Source of the DNA: an uncultured Aureispira sp.
Lineage (GTDB): Bacteria; Bacteroidota; Bacteroidia; Chitinophagales; Saprospiraceae
DNA: 26,416 bases
Assembly (NCBI GenBank): GCA_964404215.1
Contig: CAYOJF010000055.1
Coordinates: 1 to 26,416, forward strand
Reading direction: 5' to 3'
Below are positions 24,026 to 26,416 of this stretch, one piece after another (position 1 is the stretch's first letter; each line of letters opens with the position of its first letter). The position numbers were made by a program, and so were the translations under genes. The notes under the pieces are model-generated. The model saw only the letters and a list, made by a program, of their open reading frames with translations. It was not told the DNA's origin and ran no database searches.

Positions 24026-25036
24026 ATGAAAGAAAAAATAATAGATAAATCCATTTTATTAAGTTGGATTCAATTATCTAAAAGACTAGGTATAAATTCA
24101 GACAAGATTGTATCAAGGCTTCATTTAGAAACGAATGAAACCTATGTGCCTTTTGATGATTTTGCGTTATTGGTAGAATGGCTAGTAAAGCAAACAAAAA
24201 ACAGCAACTTGGGGCTACTATTGGGCAAACAATCTAATATAGCAGCACTAGGAGTGGTAGGACAAGTCATAAAATCGTCTAATACTATAGGTGAGGGCTT
24301 AGAAAAAGCTAGGCAGTTTTTTAATCTTTTTAGCAATGTCCTTAGTTTGAAAATAGATTATAATGGAAATATTGCTAAGCTGATTTTTGAGATAGACGCT
24401 TCGGTCTATAAACAATATGGGGTTGCTTGTCAGCAGTTGATATTAACCTCAATGATGTTCTCTCTAAATGAAATTTACTACTTGACCTTACAGGAATTCA
24501 AACCACTTAGTTTAAATCTATCTTTTGACCCTATCAATAAGGAAGAGGTAGAGCATTTTTTTCAATGTCAATGGGAAGCAAATACTTGTGGAAATATATT
24601 ATGTTTTGATAGAAAAATTCTCCAACAACCTATTGTTTATTCTGATTATGAGTTGATGCTCGTGTTAGAGAAATTGGCTTGTGAGCGTTTGAAGAAACAA
24701 AATGAAGCTTTGAATAGTTTGTCAAATATAGTTCAAGCTCTAATCTACACTTTAATGGATCCTTATCTTCCTACTTTGAAGACTATTTCAGCTCATTTGA
24801 ATATGTCGGAGAGGAGTTTGCAACGAAAATTAAATGCAGAAAAAACCTCTTACACTCTATTGGTTACAGATATTAAAAAAAAATTAGCACAAGATTTTTT
24901 AGCAAAAAAACTTAGCGTAAAAGAAACCTCTTATATGTTAGGCTATTCTGAGCCTAGTGCTTTTATTAAAGCTTTTCAAGGGTGGTTTGGTCAAACGCCC
25001 CAAAAATTCAAGAATGAAGTAGCGAATAACAAATAA
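24026..25036 (+). CDS. AraC/XylS family transcriptional regulator with an N-terminal AraC-type ligand-binding domain.
   Basis: C-terminal HTH_AraC: 'ISAHLNMSERSLQRKLNAEKTSYTLLVTDIKKKLAQDFL...ETSYMLGYSEPSAFIKAFQGWFGQTPQKFK'. The first ATG is at 24026 ('MKEKIIDKS'). The track ORF begins at an upstream GTG at 23987. Confidence 0.85.
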   Translation: MKEKIIDKSILLSWIQLSKRLGINSDKIVSRLHLETNETYVPFDDFALLVEWLVKQTKNSNLGLLLGKQSNIAALGVVGQVIKSSNTIGEGLEKARQFFNLFSNVLSLKIDYNGNIAKLIFEIDASVYKQYGVACQQLILTSMMFSLNEIYYLTLQEFKPLSLNLSFDPINKEEVEHFFQCQWEANTCGNILCFDRKILQQPIVYSDYELMLVLEKLACERLKKQNEALNSLSNIVQALIYTLMDPYLPTLKTISAHLNMSERSLQRKLNAEKTSYTLLVTDIKKKLAQDFLAKKLSVKETSYMLGYSEPSAFIKAFQGWFGQTPQKFKNEVANNK

Positions 25037-25040
25037 AAAA

Positions 25041-25063
25041 CAGCAAAGCTAAAAGCTCTGCTG
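25041..25063 (-). terminator. Intrinsic terminator for thiolase II (minus strand), possibly bidirectional with araC-family gene.
   Basis: In the minus-strand RNA: CAGCAGAGCU, uuu loop, AGCUUUGCUG (one G-U), then UUUUUUAUUU. Located between convergent genes (25036 and 25114). Confidence 0.45.
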
Positions 25064-25113
25064 CTATCTATATTTAATTCCTTTGTCAAAAGGCTTATAT
25101 TGTTTGTAATCGT

Positions 25114-26301
25114 CTAAACTAACTCTAATGCTAGGGCAGAAGCACCACCACCACCATTACAGATACCTGCTAGACCACGTTTGCCACCTTTGTGCTTTAG
25201 AGCAGATAGCAAAGTGATGATGATACGACATCCAGATACACCAATAGGGTGTCCCATAGATACGGCACCGCCAAGTACATTCACTTGGTCATGAGATAGA
25301 CCTAGTTTTCTCATATTAGCGACAGCTACTACAGAGAAAGCTTCATTGATTTCATACAAATCAAAATCTTCTACTTTTAATCCAGCTTTTTGAGCAGCTT
25401 TTGGCATGGCAAGAGCAGGAGTAGTAGTAAACCAAATTGGTTCTTGAGCAGCATCAGCGAAACTCAATAATTTAGCGATAGGCTTTAGTCCTAATTCTTC
25501 TACTTTTTCTTTGCTCATCAATACCATAGCGGCAGCACCATCATTGATTTTAGAAGCATTGATAGCAGAAACAGTACCATCTTTTTTGAAGACAGCACGT
25601 CCTTTAGCTACAGAAGCATAATCGCTAATACGACCATTAGTTACTTCTTCATCTTTTGTGATGATGATAGGATCTTTACGACGCTGAGGTACACTTACTG
25701 GTACAATCTCATCATCAAACCAACCATTTTCATAAGCAGCTCTAGCACGCTCATAAGAAGCGAGAGCATATTTATCTTGATCTTCTTTAGTAATGTTTTC
25801 TCCTTCTGCACAAACTTCTCCACAAACACCCATCATATCACCAGTATAAGGATCTTGTAGACCATCTCTAGAAATAGCATCTAGGATTTGACCATTACCA
25901 TAACGAATACCTGTACGTCCAGACGGAATATAGTGTGGTGCTTGAGACATGCTCTCCATACCACCTACTACTACTACATCATTGTCTCCCAACATAATAG
26001 ACTGAGCACCTAACATAGTTGCTTTCATACCAGAAGAGCATACTTTATTGATAGTGGTACAAGGGGTTTTTGTAGAAATACCAGAGGCTAAAGCTACTTG
26101 CTTAGCTGGTGCTTGCCCTGTATTTGCTGTCAAAACACAACCCAAATAAACTTCTTCTACTTGATCGCCAGAAATACCAGCACGTTCGATAGCTGCTGAT
26201 ACTGCCGTTTTACCCAAGTCAATAACATTGACAGAGGATAAAACTCCTCCAAGGTTTCCGATAGGTGTTCTGGCAACAGATACTACATATACTTCTTTCA
26301 T
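25114..26301 (-). CDS. Acetyl-CoA C-acetyltransferase (thiolase II), canonical.
   Basis: ATG at 26299-26301. 'MKEVYVVSVARTPIGN'. Cys nucleophile 'NKVCSSGMKA'. 'NEAFSVVA'. His 'MGHPIGVSGCRI'. Second Cys 'GICNGGGGASALALELV'. Confidence 0.92.
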   Translation of the reverse strand: MKEVYVVSVARTPIGNLGGVLSSVNVIDLGKTAVSAAIERAGISGDQVEEVYLGCVLTANTGQAPAKQVALASGISTKTPCTTINKVCSSGMKATMLGAQSIMLGDNDVVVVGGMESMSQAPHYIPSGRTGIRYGNGQILDAISRDGLQDPYTGDMMGVCGEVCAEGENITKEDQDKYALASYERARAAYENGWFDDEIVPVSVPQRRKDPIIITKDEEVTNGRISDYASVAKGRAVFKKDGTVSAINASKINDGAAAMVLMSKEKVEELGLKPIAKLLSFADAAQEPIWFTTTPALAMPKAAQKAGLKVEDFDLYEINEAFSVVAVANMRKLGLSHDQVNVLGGAVSMGHPIGVSGCRIIITLLSALKHKGGKRGLAGICNGGGGASALALELV

Positions 26302-26416
26302 ACTATTTTTCTTCTATATTTGACTTTGTCAAGGTTATCTAAGACGATATGCTCTCTAAAGTCTATTGAGTGAATAAAATTAATTGTTGGGCACAAATGT
26401 ACGGAATTTTTAAGAT

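Noticed and set aside
2106-24336. Numerous 60-120-aa ORFs from the six-frame track nested inside or antisense to the large genes (e.g. 2106..2333, 3492..3680, 4678..4860, 5616..5801, 7240..7452, 8018..8368, 8194..8562, 10371..10571, 11737..12033, 12957..13259, 14065..14316, 16121..16402, 18043..18360, 19345..19590, 20395..20673, 22595..22888, 24142..24336).
   Set aside because: All lie within well-supported longer CDSs on the other strand or frame. They have low-complexity or hydrophobic junk translations and no recognisable motifs. This is expected in AT-rich DNA.
1-26416. Mobile elements, CRISPR arrays, tRNA/rRNA genes and long direct DNA repeats.
   Set aside because: I saw no transposase or integrase-like ORFs, no regularly spaced direct repeats and no cloverleaf-capable GC-rich ~75-nt segments. 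The only repeats are intragenic protein-level ones in the giant gene and the short shared terminator core.

Overview
AT-rich window with Bacteroidetes-style gene organisation, read from the sequence and the ORF track.

Minus strand, 139..7661, is a co-directional and possibly operonic block:
- 139..3894: a 1251-aa multi-pass sensor histidine kinase with HisKA (H-box) and HATPase_c motifs.
- 3954..5183: a secreted protein carrying MORN repeats and a peptidase C14 (caspase) domain.
- 5291..6457: a YihY/BrkB-family membrane protein.
- 6450..7661: a thiolase-fold protein that keeps the nucleophilic Cys but appears to lack the canonical His and second Cys. It overlaps YihY by 8 nt.

A long AT-rich intergenic region (7662..7994) follows. 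After it come a DUF4293-like small membrane protein (+) and a convergent small membrane protein (-), which share a hairpin terminator.

The centrepiece is 9093..18524 (+):
- 9093..15866: a 2257-aa extremely acidic, repeat-rich, low-complexity protein. It has a PEVK-like N-terminus, about 12 'G-[YF]-x-x-G' repeat units, an internal duplication, a coiled coil and a C-terminal beta-rich domain.
- 15897..15931: an intrinsic terminator.
- 15967..15991: a 10-bp perfect palindrome in the downstream promoter region.
- 16032..18524: an 830-aa protein whose N-terminal repeat, shoulder (SPFH-like) domain and cap-helix coiled coil match the eukaryotic major vault protein (MVP) as I remember it.

I interpret this as a candidate bacterial vault-like locus with a giant, previously undescribed partner or cargo protein.

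Downstream on the minus strand:
- 18570..20825: a RecD2-like SF1B helicase with a TTG start.
- 20872..22326: a GT-C (ArnT/PMT-like) membrane glycosyltransferase.
- A minus-strand terminator, then an NAD-dependent epimerase/dehydratase (SDR) at 22429..23430.
- 23493..23873: a 4-TM small membrane protein.
- 24026..25036 (+): an AraC-family regulator.
- 25114..26301: a canonical acetyl-CoA C-acetyltransferase (thiolase II).

Two minus-strand terminators share a near-identical 24-nt core. I found no rRNA, tRNA, CRISPR array, IS element or integrase.
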